DNA of 63,773 nucleotides, counting the filler, from Bigelowiella natans CCMP2755 (Eukaryota > Protista > Cercozoa), in assembly GCA_000320545.1 (NCBI GenBank). It is 4 parts of 4 records of this genome, joined end to end, with 100 filler letters (N's around TTAATTAATTAA, not from the genome) between each part and the next. Parts side by side here need not be neighbours in the genome. Positions count along the whole stretch, not along the records: positions 28,194 to 56,828 come from ADNK01002802.1; 3 more parts are not named here. One strand, written 5' to 3'. Positions 40,467 to 54,264 of the stretch are shown here, piece by piece. Position numbers and translations under genes: made by a program. The notes under the pieces were generated by a model. That model was not told the DNA's origin. It saw only the letters and a program-made list of their open reading frames with translations, and ran no database searches. The first letter of the stretch is position 1. Each line of letters starts with the position of its first letter.

Positions 40467-41138
40467 CACAAACACGAATATGAATGTTATATATAAAACA
40501 CACGTATATAGATGTGTATATATGAATATTATACTACTGTTATTGATCTCAGGTCACTAGTGATGGATATCGCGCGGCACACGTCACTCGCGAGAATCAA
40601 CCGCTGCCAGACAATTATGGGGTAGTAGTAGTAGTAGTTGTTGTAGTAGTAATAGGAGGAGGAGGAGGAGGAGGAGGAGGAGGAGGAGGAGGAGGAGTTG
40701 TAGTAGTAGGAGTAGTGACGCCCTTTCATTATCATTATCTTTTGAAAAATAAGTGTGTGTAAGTGTGAATGTGTATTTTGTCTCCTCCCCTCTCCCTCCC
40801 CCCCTTCCCCTCTCTCTATAAATCTCTGCAAAGCCATCGTTGAAAATCTCCTCTCCACCTCCCTATTATATCAGAAGGAACCAATCAGCCGAATCACTTC
40901 CTGCCTCAGGCGTCATGTAATATACTAACATACGGCTACTACTACTTTCACATCAAAAAAGCAACACTCAGAGGGAAATCGTGCGAAATGCTATATCGAG
41001 AGGGAATATCGATGATTTGTCGTCCTAAAAGTAGATCAGCATCGTATGAATCACTGCGCGCACATGCATGTAGTGTTGGAGGATGATCCATGTTTTTATC
41101 TCAAGAGGAGATGTTATAAAAATGAATCTCCCCGTGGA

Positions 41139-41178
<40 letters not shown>

Positions 41179-43094
41179 CGTGTTTGTGCGTGTACTTTAA
41201 ATACCCTCTTGCAGGTATTCTTGCATGCAGTGCGCCGACATATTCTTCCTCCGGTCTGATTTACACATCGAAATCCGAAACAACACACTGAAGATACAAC
41301 ATGCACGATCATCATCATCATCATCATCACCGTCATCATCATTCATTGTCCACCGCAATGCCGTCGCCGTTGTTATCCTTAGAGCGGAGATTTGCCAGTT
41401 GGGTATGGATCAGAGAAAAGTGAACATGCTTGCGAGGGAGTATGCTGAGGAGGTCGCCCCACGCCACCGCACCAAAACCGCACTTTATCAACCCACCGAT
41501 ACATGGGAGGGGGGAGGCAAGTAGCTGCTGCTGCAGCAGCAGCAATGCTCCGAGAACTTCGCATTGACTCTTCGCGAGAGCGCTCATGAGTCCTGTTCCT
41601 ACCGAGAAAGGATGCAATTCTTCCCCGGAGCTTGCAGGGAGTGGGTGATAGCAATTGGGGACGTCTCGGTTCATAACCGAATGCAATTTTCTTTCATTCC
41701 TCTATACATCAGCCGTGCCATAATGCTATAAAACGTGTGTGCTCTGTACGCGATGTTGATTAGAAGGGCAGGCGGCGACTCGTGAAGCCCATCATCCTCT
41801 CTCATCGAATGCTGCCTGGCTTGAGGCAAGGGCAGGTACGTGTGCTGCATATATCAGAGAGCATCCGTAGGAAATACTCTAAATATGTGGGTGAAAATAC
41901 AAATGTATTTATGTAGATGTCTATGCACATGTGTGTATGTGTATTATGTGTGTGTGTGTGTGTGTGTGTTAGACTTCTTCGGTCACCCAACTGTACATAA
42001 TAATCGCACCATTAAGCATATTGATGTAGCGAGTACATCGGGCCAAGCTCTGTATTCCGCCATAGCGAACCTAGAGACACGCAAGAGAACAGCCCCTTAG
42101 ATATTTGCCTGCTGTGCGACACAGAAACAACAACAACAACAACTCGCATAGCGTGGAAGGCAACCTCTCACACCGCCTCCTTTACCACGCACATCAGGAG
42201 AAGATGTCTAAATCGGACCCTGAATCAGCGATTTTCATGGAAGACACACAGGCAGATGTGAATGCGAAGATTAAGAGAGCTTACTGCCCTCCTCAGTGAG
42301 TTCTTCTTTTCCGTTGGAGGAGGGAGGGTAGGGGGGAGGGGGGTGTTAGATACCTGATGCTGTAATAGTCACCCAGTACCACGAATATGTCGCCTTGATT
42401 TTGGAAGTGATGTATATAAATAAATATATATATATATATATATATATACGTATTGATATTAATGCAATATAAGATATGTGACCTTCGCCTTCCACTTCTC
42501 CTCCCTCCTCCCTCCTCCCTCCTCTCTCCTCCATATCTGCAGGATAATCGAGGGAAATCCCGTGCTCGAGTATGCGCGCTACTTGGTGCTTCCAAGGATA
42601 CAGAGGCTGAACATCACCCGACGGTTACAGGATGGGGGAAATACCACGTACGACATCTCATTGTTTATCGTCATCAACATCATCATCACCATCGTCATTA
42701 TGATAGTTACCGTGGCTGGGAGGCCTTGCGCGAAGACTACCAAGCAGGTACATATCAAGGGCCCGACGAACGCATCGTCACCCCGCTTGCTTGTTGCAAT
42801 ACCACAACCTTCACACACGCGTGCGCGCGCGCGCACACACACACATACACACTTGCCTTCTTTTGACAACTGTCAATCTTTATAATGCCGTGACGACGAG
42901 TCTCTGAATACAAGTACTTAACTACGCACGCAGGGAGGCTCCATCCGGGCGATCTGAAACCCGCCGTCGCCTCAGCGCTGAATGAGATCCTCGAGCCTGT
43001 CAGGCGGCACTTCAAGGAGAACGAAGAGGCCCGCGACCTACTCGCCAGGGTTAAGAAATATAGACGAGGAGGCGGCAGCACTAGTAAGAAATGA
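38521..43094 (+). CDS. TyrRS: Tyrosyl-tRNA synthetase (eukaryote/archaeal cytosolic type) with long N-terminal leader; start uncertain
   Basis: [27 protein letters not shown] (HIGH-like), FWIADW|[70 protein letters not shown] (KMSKS), [26 protein letters not shown]. Confidence 0.95.
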
Positions 43095-43822
43095 GAGTCG
43101 TTGTAGGATGCTTGTTATGATGACCGAAGCATCACGACATTTATACATTATGTGCTTATGCATTCGTACCCTTTTCCTCGATGGAAACATGTTGTTAGAG
43201 TTTTGGTGCTGCTTGCGATGTGCGTTGCAATGACTGACTGGCGACCATTGCCGCTACTTCGCTAGTAGCTATGAAACAGCAACACGGTCATGGGGCTGTA
43301 GTGCGATTATGCGTACGAATCGAAGCCGGTTTATTGTCGTGGCCATGCAAGCTAGGTATGTGTAGCTTATGCGCCAGCTTGTGTGTACGTGTGGACGGCG
43401 ACATGTTGATGCAGCATACGCCATGCTATTATGTACGTCTGTGATGGCCCGGCAGCCTGAGCAATGATGACACCTAGACATTGCATTTTCTCCACACATT
43501 GCACATGCGTGCACACTAGCTAAGTCACATAGATTGAGTGCATGTGATGAGCAACATGCAGTATGTACGTAGCACTCGACTCACATCTAGACATCACAAT
43601 GTGTGCAAGGTGCTTGTTCATGGAACCTACAATCACACATGCTTGGCTAAACTGTTCAGAAACATCCACGCAGCATGCATGCGTCGTCGTTGATATATTT
43701 GTCATTTTGTGATGCCTTATTTGGGTTGGAGTGATAAATTGCCAGATGATAAGCATGTCTTATTGTAACTCATTAGTGGATATGCATCAAATCACCGCCG
43801 CTATATTTCCTCAACATGATAG

Positions 43823-44606
43823 TTAAACACTGGTGCGAGGCGGTCTACTATGCTTACTACTCAATTCCAACAGAACCTCGGAAGTCGTCCGTGTTCTGCA
43901 GTACCCTGAAAAGGCAGAGAGCGCATTTATGTGCCTCTCGTGGGACTCTGTGGCGCAGGCATCCTCGATGCATTCCATGTAGAATCCCCTGTCAGCGCCA
44001 TCACGAATAGCCATATCGATACACTGATCCGTGAGGAAACCGCTCACGAGAACGGTCTCTATACCGATGTTTCGAAGAACGTACTCGATCATGGTTGAGT
44101 TGAAAACCCCAGAGGACGTCTTAGGGAGGACAATCTCGTCGATGGATGGCTCGATCGGGGCGATGACCTGTGGCAGATTTAGTAGGAAAGAGAAGCTGTA
44201 CAAGCGGGCAGAAACACTACGTAAGATGATTCGGTGACCTGAGCCTCCCACGAACCTCGAGGGACATTGAATCCAGATATCTTGTAGTCAAGGCTTCTAT
44301 CGCGACCATCCAGAGTCAGGTTTTCGATCACAGTGAACAGCACTTCAACTCCAGTACGCCGGCACTCGCGCTGCATGCATGCTGGTTTAGCGGCCATTAT
44401 CAGTTGGGCTATCTGTTCATCAGACTCTCTTACGAAAGGAAACCTATATTCGGAATGACGATGTTCTCTGCCCGGTTCCAAAACCAAGGCCTCCGCGTTC
44501 TCTCCTCATCGTTGAAAGTAAGATTCTGGACATCGATTATCAGTAGGGCCGTCTTTCGCGGATCGAGTGAGCGATTCCGGGAATACCTTACCGTGTTTAC
44601 ATTCAT
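43823..44606 (-). CDS. Isochorismatase-like cysteine hydrolase (amidase family)
   Basis: TALLIIDVQN, DGRDRSLDYKISGF, DEIVLPKTSSGVFNST and GFLTDQCI..AIRDGADRGF..IEDACAT give the D-K-C catalytic triad; 2-3 introns. Confidence 0.9.
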
Positions 44607-45334
44607 GTTAACGCTAGGGCAAGATGATATATAGACGAGTACGTTGAGAACTTGCGAGTCAGAACCGATATTCCCGTCTTCATCATCCTCGCTCCCTCCG
44701 CAGCTTGTCTAACAATCACACTGTAATCACACTCCGAAAGCACGTTTGTGTTTCGGGTGCCGTTGGATGGAAAACCAAGATGGCGTGGAATAGTGGTGCG
44801 AACTCAGGAATTTTTTCCATGCCGAACAGCAGTGATCGCCAACAAGATCATTGCTAACATCGAAAGTAGGTCTATAAAGGGCGGCGATTACAAGAGATGA
44901 CGACGGCCTTGAGAATTGAGAGGAGGGAGAGAGAGCACAGACAGAATCTGCTAAAATTCAACAAGCCGAAGACGCTGTCCCAAAAAAAAAGGATTCTAGA
45001 TTTCTAGATTTTTGTCGATATTTTTGTAGTCGCAAAGGCAAGACGGATGGCAGTCAGGAGAGTTTTCGCAAAAAATGAGAACATGCTCAAATCTCAAGTC
45101 GCCAAGGAAAAACAGGAGGTATTTCACGTGTTTCATAAATATGGGCATGCAAGCAACATGAAAACACTCGCAATCAAGCTGTACTCCGGCATTGAGAAAA
45201 GGAATATCTCGGAAAAACATAAAAAAAGTGGAGTTATTTTAATAGTGCGACTTGCATATTTTTAGTCGCAAGACAGGAAAACGGGTGCTCAGCGGAACGA
45301 AGTGCCCTCGAGCACCGTTCCGCAAAACTCAAAC

Positions 45335-46531
45335 ATGTCTCAAGGAGAATCTAAAGCTACTATGAAGGTCATCGTGCTGAAATCTGTTCCTTCCTCCTCC
45401 TTTTGAACCATGCTATGTTTCTCAGTACAATGTTCTCGGCAGCACCGGGCTGAAAGTGAGCGAGCTCTGCCTTGGCACGATGACATTTCAACAAGTAGCG
45501 ATAAAAAGGCCTTTGGATGGATGCCCCCTGTCGATGAGAAGGGTTCTCATGATTTTTTGGACCAGTTTATTGCTGCTGGAGGCAACTTCATTGACACTGC
45601 CGATGCTTATGCTTCGAGTGAGGAAGTCATTGGGAGATGGATTAGCAAACGCAGTGAGAAGGATCCAACATTTCGTGATGACCTCGTGATAGCTACGAAA
45701 GTATTTTTTGGTTCGGGAAAGAACACCAACGGGCTAAATCGTCCACATGTGTTCAAGGCAATTGATAAGAGCCTCAAGCGTCTGCAAATCGACTACATCG
45801 ACCTCTACCAAGTTCACACCTACGACTACACTGTGAGCGTTCGAGAGGTAATGACAACCATGAAGATTCTCATCGAAAGGGGTAAAATATCGCACTGGGG
45901 AGTGTCAAATTGGAAGGCATCTCAAATTATGGTAGAACTTTGTTTGAATTTTCCAATTGGATCCTGTCTAATCGTGGCACACGCAATGATGCTTGCGCAA
46001 TTCTCATCGTAGGAATGCATGTGGCTATCAAGTCAGTATGGTCTTCCAGCTCCCGTTTGTCTTCAGCACAACTATTCACTCCTCTCACGTAACCTTGAAT
46101 TCGAGATTTTGCCGCTGGCCAAGCGATTCAATTTGTCTGTGATCTCCTGGAGTCCTCTCCAGGGTGGGTGGCTCACAGGAAAGTACAAGAAAAGCGAGAA
46201 ACCTGACTCCAATTCTAGGGTTGGCGCCGCTGAAGGGAAGTGGAAAATGACGTCATATTCAGAGCACGACAACGATCTCACTTGGAACACTCTTGCGGAG
46301 TTAGAAAAGATTGCCAAAGAGTGTAATGTGTCCCAGTGCGCGGTTGCATTGCGATGGAACCTTCAGTCAGAGGGCATTACGTGCCCTATCATCGGCGTGA
46401 AGAAACCAAAACACTTCGAGCAAGCTCTTGAAACTGTCGCATTCGAACTGAGTAAAGACCAAATGGATAGGCTAAACAAAGCTAGCACTCCGAAAATTCC
46501 TTATCCTCATGAGTTCCCTTGTAAGAAATAA
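45335..46531 (+). CDS. Aldo-keto reductase (Tas/aryl-alcohol-dehydrogenase-like); apparent frameshift near 45488
   Basis: LGSTGLKVSELCLGTMTF, GGNFIDTADAY, LVIATK, SLKRLQIDYIDLYQVH, WGVSNW, QHNYSLLSR, WSPLQGGWLTGKY, CPIIG. Confidence 0.92.
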
Positions 46532-47276
46532 ACAGAGTGGACGAGTACATCTTCCAGACGGCGCCACACATGGCGCAAGAGCTGGATCTCGATTCTAAGG
46601 ACTTTTATTAGTACCTTTGATAGGAATGATAGGTAAAGCTAAATAATTTTGACAGAAAGTCTCCTCAACTTGCTATATATAGTTATATATCATAACGAAA
46701 AGTGTCATTGCTTACACTACTTGCAAGTCATGTGCTAATTGCGTTCAAGGCCACCATGATGTCTACTTTGGCTCATTGCTCATCAACACATGACATTGCA
46801 AGCATGTTTTAGAATGATGCATGCAGCATTTTAGCATTGCATGGTTATCTAGCTCCCCCACGTACTGAACAAACACCACGGAAATATATTCGGACATCGT
46901 GCATGTACCGTCTGCTTATTCTAATTAGTCGATCAAATATGCGCAGCAAGCGGACACCCCGACAAATAACAGCAGCGTGGCTAGGTGTGCAGCGCAGTGA
47001 GCTAGCAAATATACAAGCGCAGACGTACAGGCTCTTTAGATCTGCGGTCGCATTATCAGTCATTGCGACTCTCTCTTGTAATGTGACACCGCACGATGCC
47101 AATCTAGCAACGTTCTTTGTTTGGTGCATGGGACGCACACTTCAATGATGAAGACCACTACACACTCATGATTTCCAGACATTCGTGGATGATCATGTAG
47201 TCTTGCTGTGGTTGAAATTCTTCCATTTCTCAGACAATGATGCAGAGTTGTTGTCATAGACAACGTAACACAATAC

Positions 47277-47313
<37 letters not shown>

Positions 47314-47655
47314 ATGAACTACATTTTTAAAATTGATGTGTGGGCCCCACCAAACAAACGAAACGAAAACACTACCACAACAGGCGACAATTACATGCTA
47401 GCATGCTACTTCTGCTAGCTAGCTAGGCACACAGAGCTCGACATATTGTCATAGTGGGAACAACAAAAAAATAGATGATGAGATTCGTGGTACAAGCTGT
47501 TACAAACTCTGTTATATACTACTTAAGCCAAATTTGAAAATAAACTATGTGCGTGATGACTATATAGACTAGCTGCTGTGGCAGCTCAACCCGTGTCAAA
47601 GAACTAAACGACGCACGGAAGTATGGAGGGATATCATGAACATTGCCGGTAATCA

Positions 47656-48869
47656 TTACCGTTTGCCTTTTTTCTTTTTCTTCTTCGACTTAGTATCTTT
47701 CTCCTCAACCTTGGGCTGCTCAGCCTCTGCAGCTTGTGCCTTGCGCGCTTCCAGCTCCTCTGTTTGGTTGAACGCGTTGATGATGTCTGTCATGCGGTGC
47801 TTTCGAAAGCTCTTGTAGTTGGACGAGATGAGAAGGTCTCCGCCGAAGCATAGACTTATGACGCCGCTGGTATTCCCAACCAGTTTATCAAGGCACTTAC
47901 CCCGGTTGATATCGAACATGCGTACGGAACAATCGTCAGCCCCCGTAAAGAAGCGATCTTTCTCGAAAAGGATAGTGTTGATGACGTCTGTGTGGCCGTT
48001 GCCTACCCCGTGGTCAAACAAGTGCTGATCGGTTTTACGGAGGTCCCAGGATCGCAGCCCGCCAATTCCGTGCGCAGTGACGAGTATGTTCCCTTCCTCG
48101 TGCAGCTTCATCGTCCGAACAGGGGAGTTCTTTTCGCAGACGAAGCGCTTGGCGCTTTTCCCGCGAAGGTCAAGCTGGCATATACCAGAATCCCAGGAGC
48201 CTACAATAAGTGAGTTCTCGTCGCGAACGACCATAGCTGATAATGGGCACTTGGTAGCTATCCAAGAATGCACGATTCGGTTATATTCCATGTTGCGGAC
48301 GAGCAGGAAGCCATCGTAGCCGATGTGAACCAGGGAGTTGTTGAGCTTCTTAATACCCGCGACACGGCCCTTGTGATCAGCCTCGAAGGAGAGACACTTG
48401 CTCGATCCCCGGTGGAACATAGAGATGCCGCCATTCGTGTCCCCGAAATAAAAGTGGTCCTGATAGCGTAGAAATAGTACATGTCAGAATGCATGCATTT
48501 GCTGGAAAAGTACCTGCCTCCGAGAGCTATAATCAGAAGAAAGAAGTTTGAACTTACTCTATCGGTGTCCATGCATGTGGGCGCGATGGAGTGAGCTTTG
48601 TGTATCAGCTTCATCCGTTGGACCTCCTTCACAGCACCGGTGTCGAACTTCGCCTGTTCAAGATTCCAACTAACAAGCAAGCCCTTGTGTGTGCCGTAGT
48701 GGAGGAGCTCCCCGTCGTGGTGGGCCATAATCAAGCTCTCGCCTTTCTCTACACGGGAGAGCAATCGGCCATATTTGTAGAAATTATCATTCTTCTTCGT
48801 CTCGAAGAGTTGGACGTTCTTCTCCAGAGCGTTCGGCGCCAGTGCCGTTGCCGCCGTCGCCGTCGCCAT
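47656..48869 (-). CDS. WD40-repeat protein with Lys-rich tail, one intron (~48460-48557)
   Basis: LIVGSWDSGICQLD, LRSWDL, GHTDVINTI..FFTGADDCSVRMFD; ends KSKKKKKKGKR. Confidence 0.88.
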
Positions 48870-50065
48870 ACTTATATTTCGTGAGAGACTTCTAAAATAA
48901 ACAAAATCTCTTCAGTGATTTTATGACAACATAATGGGAATAGATAGAGAAGAGGGGCTGTAAAAGTTGAAAGTTACTACTGGAGACATTGTGAACATTT
49001 GTGGTAGAATCGATTGATATTTCATTTCCATTTGCAAGACATTGTCTTCGGTCCCAAAGCTTCCCTTAATTTTTTGCTAAACCCAACGCACACACTCTTC
49101 CCACTCCCCCGCATGTAAACATCTTTCCATACCAATCTGGTGGATAGTTTCTAATGGGTGTGGGGACCCGACCAGATTCAGATGTGTTGTTCAAACTAGC
49201 TCTAAAATTCCCCTCGTATTTTCTAATGCGACAATGATAGTTTGGAATTTATACAGAGGGAAATGTGCTCCCTTCCTGGAAGTTCTGTCGGTTTTCCTTC
49301 CCAAAACGCTTTCCCGCCACTTTGACGGCGTTCCCATATTTCACATGGAGTCACCTGTGAAAGCTTACAACGACATCAACACATTTGCTGAAAATTAAGA
49401 TGGAGGTGGCTGAAATTTCAGAGGACTGGATTGTGCTCGTACATAACCATGTGACTGGGAAACAAGCGCAATATTTACACGCTATGACATCCAAAAAAGT
49501 TTAAAACACAGCGGAATTCTTCAAAACATCAATCCATTTGAGGAATTTATCCGTCAAAGTGCGTTCGGTTATTAATATTCGTGATCGTTCCAATCTTAAT
49601 ACTGCGGTTAGAGCATTGTTTCCCTCGTATTTTCACCTTAAGGGAGCCCGTTAAAAAACTCGACTCAATTGATTTTCTTAGGAGTGTGTATAATTTGATT
49701 GTCGCTCACATGAAAATGCCATACATTTTTGTCCCTGTCGTAGATCTAACTGAAACTTTTTGGCAACAGCTACGCTCGTCACGGGTGGGGGGGCGTCGTC
49801 CTCTCCGCTCCGAGCCTACGAACGATGGACAACGATAGGTTATTGAGAGCAATGAACGCCCAGTATAGATGGATGAAAGACGTTTACGAACGTGTTTCGG
49901 AGGTTTGTGACGAGGAAGCGGTGAGAGCAAAGGAGCATCGTAGGTACAGCCTCTTTGAATGACCTTTCTCAGCTTCTTTATCCTTTTTAATCCTCGTCGC
50001 AAATACTCATCCATCCGATAACAAAACCATGTGATTTTCACAGCTTAATACACCAAGACGACGGA

Positions 50066-51289
50066 ATGTCGGGGGAAGGGGATTCCACCACTGTCCAAGA
50101 GTTAATAGATTGTTTGGCGGATTTGGACCCTCTAACATCTCCAAGTTCAAGCAACCTCTCCTCGTCCTCCGTCCTTCCGGTTCGTGACCGAAAGATAAGG
50201 CGACGTACGGAGAATCATATTTCTGGGGAGGGCGGGCGCCTCATGCCTGCAGGAGCGGAAAACCGTGCAATGTCGAAAAAGCAAACAGCTCCTTCGATCG
50301 CATTAGCCAACTGGAAAAGGCAGAAGGAATCTGAGAATAGCCAACACGGCTCTGTTGGATTCGTGAAACCGCGACGATCAGTTGCAGAATTGACTAGGAT
50401 GGTATTGGCTTTGGAAGACTCTCTCAATCGTGAGCAGCGCAGCAATGAGACTCCCACAGATGAAAAAGTGGACGCGAAAGGCGAAAGCAGCACAAAAGAG
50501 AGGCAGCAGCCGCCTCTACCAAAACATAGTGAGGCTACTGGTGAATCTCCCATGTCATCAGAGAGTCTCGGAATCAAATATACGGTCAAATACTAAAAAA
50601 TTGTGGTTATAAGTCTTTCCATATTTTTATAGCAGGATCTTTCGCATGTATCTACATACTTAGTCGTAACGTGCTGCCTGAACTCACATTGCGCACCACA
50701 GGTTGAGAAGCTACGGAATCTCCATCTGCACGCCCGTGTACCAAGCACCCTCAACATCGAGATCCTCCTTAAGGTAGTAATCACGGCGAAGAGTGATTAA
50801 TTCGTCCAATGATTCCTAGTTTCTAAAATCTACTTACCGTGCTCGTACTGTAGGCTGGCGATATGGTGGAGAAGATTCGATCAACGTGGCGTGATTCCAA
50901 CTTAATTGGACCTGAAAGCGATGGAGGGAAGAAGGACAGGCCACGTTTTGTTACCGCTCTTTCTGAAGCGAATATCCATCAAACACGGTAGGTAGCATTG
51001 GTGGATGTAAACAGCAGCTTTTCTATTGTCATATCACCAATTATAAACATGTGTGTGTGTGTGTGTGTATACACTTATATCTCATGAAATGAATACTTTT
51101 ATTATTTTCACTCTGTGTGTGTTGATGATGGGCAAGATCGCTGGTATTTCGAAGTGACCGATTCGTGAAGAAAATTGGCGAGTCTGACGCCGATATTAAA
51201 GTGACTGTTAGCGACAATCTCAAGAGGTACCTCGCGAAATAAAAAATAGGCGAGAGGCTAATATGTCAGGGATTTGTGACGAATAGAGT

Positions 51290-51368
<79 letters not shown>

Positions 51369-52461
51369 CCTAATTTCCCCCCCAGAGTCTACATGGAGGG
51401 CACGGCAACAATCAATACTAGCTTCTTTCGACACAACCCTGAATGGAAGGTACGCGGCGAATGGTGCAAATTTGAACGTAAAATGACATACTCACCGAAG
51501 ATCATTGGATTGCTGGAGATGACCTTTTGCATGCTACTGGGAAAGACGCAAAGCACAATGATCAACAGTATCGGCGAATGCAGTGCAGTCAGAATGTCTG
51601 AACATAATGTTCGTGGAAGAGAAAGTGAAGCAAAACACTTTTACGTGCCTCACTATAGTCCCCTCTCTCCCCACGTCCATACAGGTTGACGGGTGGTATC
51701 ACCTGAGAGCTGGGTCTTCGAATCAAGTGATGCGAAAGGTGATGATGTGCTGTATGCTTTTTTTATTTTTACCTTCTCGAAAAAATATTTCTCAAACATA
51801 GATATCGTCTGCTACCTGTGCCATTTGATTCTTTGTCCAATAGATTGTTGGACAAATCAAGATCAGAGCGGAGCTTACGGTGCCCGAGGGCTGTGACCAC
51901 CCACCAACACTAAAAAAAAATCCTTTCCAATCGCCGCCTCTGCAAGAAATGGCGGAGAATCTCAGGCGGACAACATCGAATTACAGCGAGCCTATGCCGA
52001 TGACGATGGCGATGAAACTACTCTCCGTTGTGTGTGAGGAGGACAGCAAAGAAGCAACGCCTCTAGTGAATGCTGCGCCGCAGATAGATGGCGACGCAGA
52101 GCAGCACGATGGTAAAATTGAAGACAGATCATCGTCCCGAGTTATAGACGAATGGGATGAGGGCAGCTTAGACACTCTCAATCGATTGATTGACACTGAA
52201 ATCTGGCAAGAGGGCGAAAATTGGCGACGACGCCGTTATCGAATCCCTCTTTCACTAGGAAAAGAAGGAGACCTTAGACCTTCGCCTTCGTCGGGGAAGA
52301 ATGAAGGATGGCGCCCCCACCAGTGCTTAAGTGTGGAAGCATCAGATCGCTTTGAGGAAAATGTCAATGCCCATGTGGTTTTTGCCCAAATGGCCACACT
52401 CTCTGAACAGCTTCGCTCTAGAGCTTCAGATCGCTCTAGAGCTTCACAGTGCACAGAGTGA
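50066..52461 (+). CDS. Hypothetical multi-exon protein with a probable C2 domain
   Basis: Exons DIKVTVSDNLK|VYMEGTATINTSFF|VDGWYHLR|IVGQIKIRAEL resemble the C-terminal strands of a C2 domain. Long flanking ORFs lie at 50066 and 51880. Confidence 0.55.
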
Positions 52462-53079
52462 CAGACATAGCACTGTCATTAGACAATGGCTTTCTAGCTT
52501 TCTGTGGTGTGCCAATCTAGCGATGCAACGTCATTTCTGTGCATTGGAATGATGACGTGAGCAGTGGATGACATGCTCAAAACGTCCGCTAGTTAGCATG
52601 AAAATGTCTGTGCACGTTTTGCACACGCAAATGATCACTCATGCGTGCATGCGTGCGCACGTGGCGTCAAAGCAAGCATCACAGCACTGGAGCACGTGCA
52701 TGATCGCACAATGTGAATCATTGATCGACGACTGATGATGGAGATGCGATGCACATGATCCGCACTAGCGCAGTGCCTGACAGCAATGCGTTGTCACATG
52801 CCAACAAACACGATCCGGTTGCCAGCGCGTCGTGGCACGTCACTTGCATCATTGATGATGAGCACGTGCTAGCGTGGCAAACATGCATGCCATGTGAGAG
52901 ACGACTGCACGATGTCCATGGTGATTGTGAAACTTTTCTCCTAAAATATCAGTTGATTTATGACATACGACAAAAAATATATTACTATTATGAATAAAAA
53001 CGGCTTGAATTGTCAATTCTGTGATAAACATTTCCCGAGATTTTGATCTGACTTAACATTCCTCAATGGTTCCTTGAGC

Positions 53080-54264
53080 ATGCATTCGAATGGGTCCTCT
53101 GGTCAAGAAGAATCTAAGGGTTGTGGTGGTAGTGGCGGTGGTGGAGATCGAGAGCCTGCAAATACGAAGAACAGCTCGAGTTCCGATGGTGGATTGGGTA
53201 TAGCTCAAGAGGAGATGGTAGTACCTTTTTGAAAATGGACGCTGATGGAATTTGTTAGAGCGAAAGTTGTTGCTTCAGGGCCAACGCAGATGACTGCTGC
53301 ACGTGCCTCTTTATTCTTGGGTTCTCTATGAAGATCTTCGAGAGTATTTTATGTTCTCTATGAAGATCTTCGAGAGTATTTTATGTTTACCTCTTGTGCC
53401 GATGATAAGGTAGTCTTCACTTCTCAGAAGCAAAAGATGGAGGAGAATTCACAGCAGCAAAGCAATAAAGAGGAGGGCAAAGATGACACTATCGAGTTCA
53501 GAAAGAATGAGCTCGTCCGGTACAAGGAGAAAGAAACAGTCACTTTAGTCGGGGTGCACCCTGATCCAGAGGTTATTCACACTCTAGTTTTCCATATGTT
53601 AAATAGACTGGCCCTTATACCTCGACACACACCTCTGCTGCGCTTCTTTTTCCCTATCATTGTCGCCTCTACTCTCCAACATCTCGCTGAAATCTGCAAT
53701 AACAAACACAACGTGGCGTCAGGAAACATACTATACGATACGTCGCGAGGACGGCGTCGAGGTGAACACCGTGAGGAAGCATATCCGGAGGTTGGCAACA
53801 GCATACTTTCGCCGATAGTCAATATCTCCTACGCCGACGCCATCACGTGTCATCGTCCTTACCATCGTCAATCTCGCTGTGCGCTACAACTCGATAACCT
53901 CACCCATCAACATTATGGAATCGCTGTCAATACCTCCGACCGAACAATACAGCCATAACAATACCTCACGTTCCACACTAGTGTATATTTATCAACAACA
54001 CCGTATGGGGGGGGGGGGGGGGGGGGGGGGGTGTTGTGGTTGTGTCCAGGAATGATCAGACTCAACCTTGAACGATAAATGATGTACAGGCTGCGAAAAG
54101 GTGAGAACAAGGATGAGTGGACTTGCAGCATGTGCACGTTCATCAACGATGGAGGATCGTTATGCAAAGCCTGTAATAATCCAAGACCGTGGACATGCAA
54201 AGCATGCACATTCATTAACACAAAGGCCGGCAAGTCCTGTGAGGTCTGCGGCACCCGACGTTAG
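53080..54264 (+). CDS. Protein with two C-terminal RanBP2-type zinc fingers and a central SH3/Tudor-like segment
   Basis: WTCSMCTFIN..CKAC and WTCKACTFIN..CEVCGTRR fit W-x-C-x2-C-x3-N-x5/6-C-x2-C. Middle exons read VTLVGVHPDPE|..YYTIRREDGVEVNT. Confidence 0.8.
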
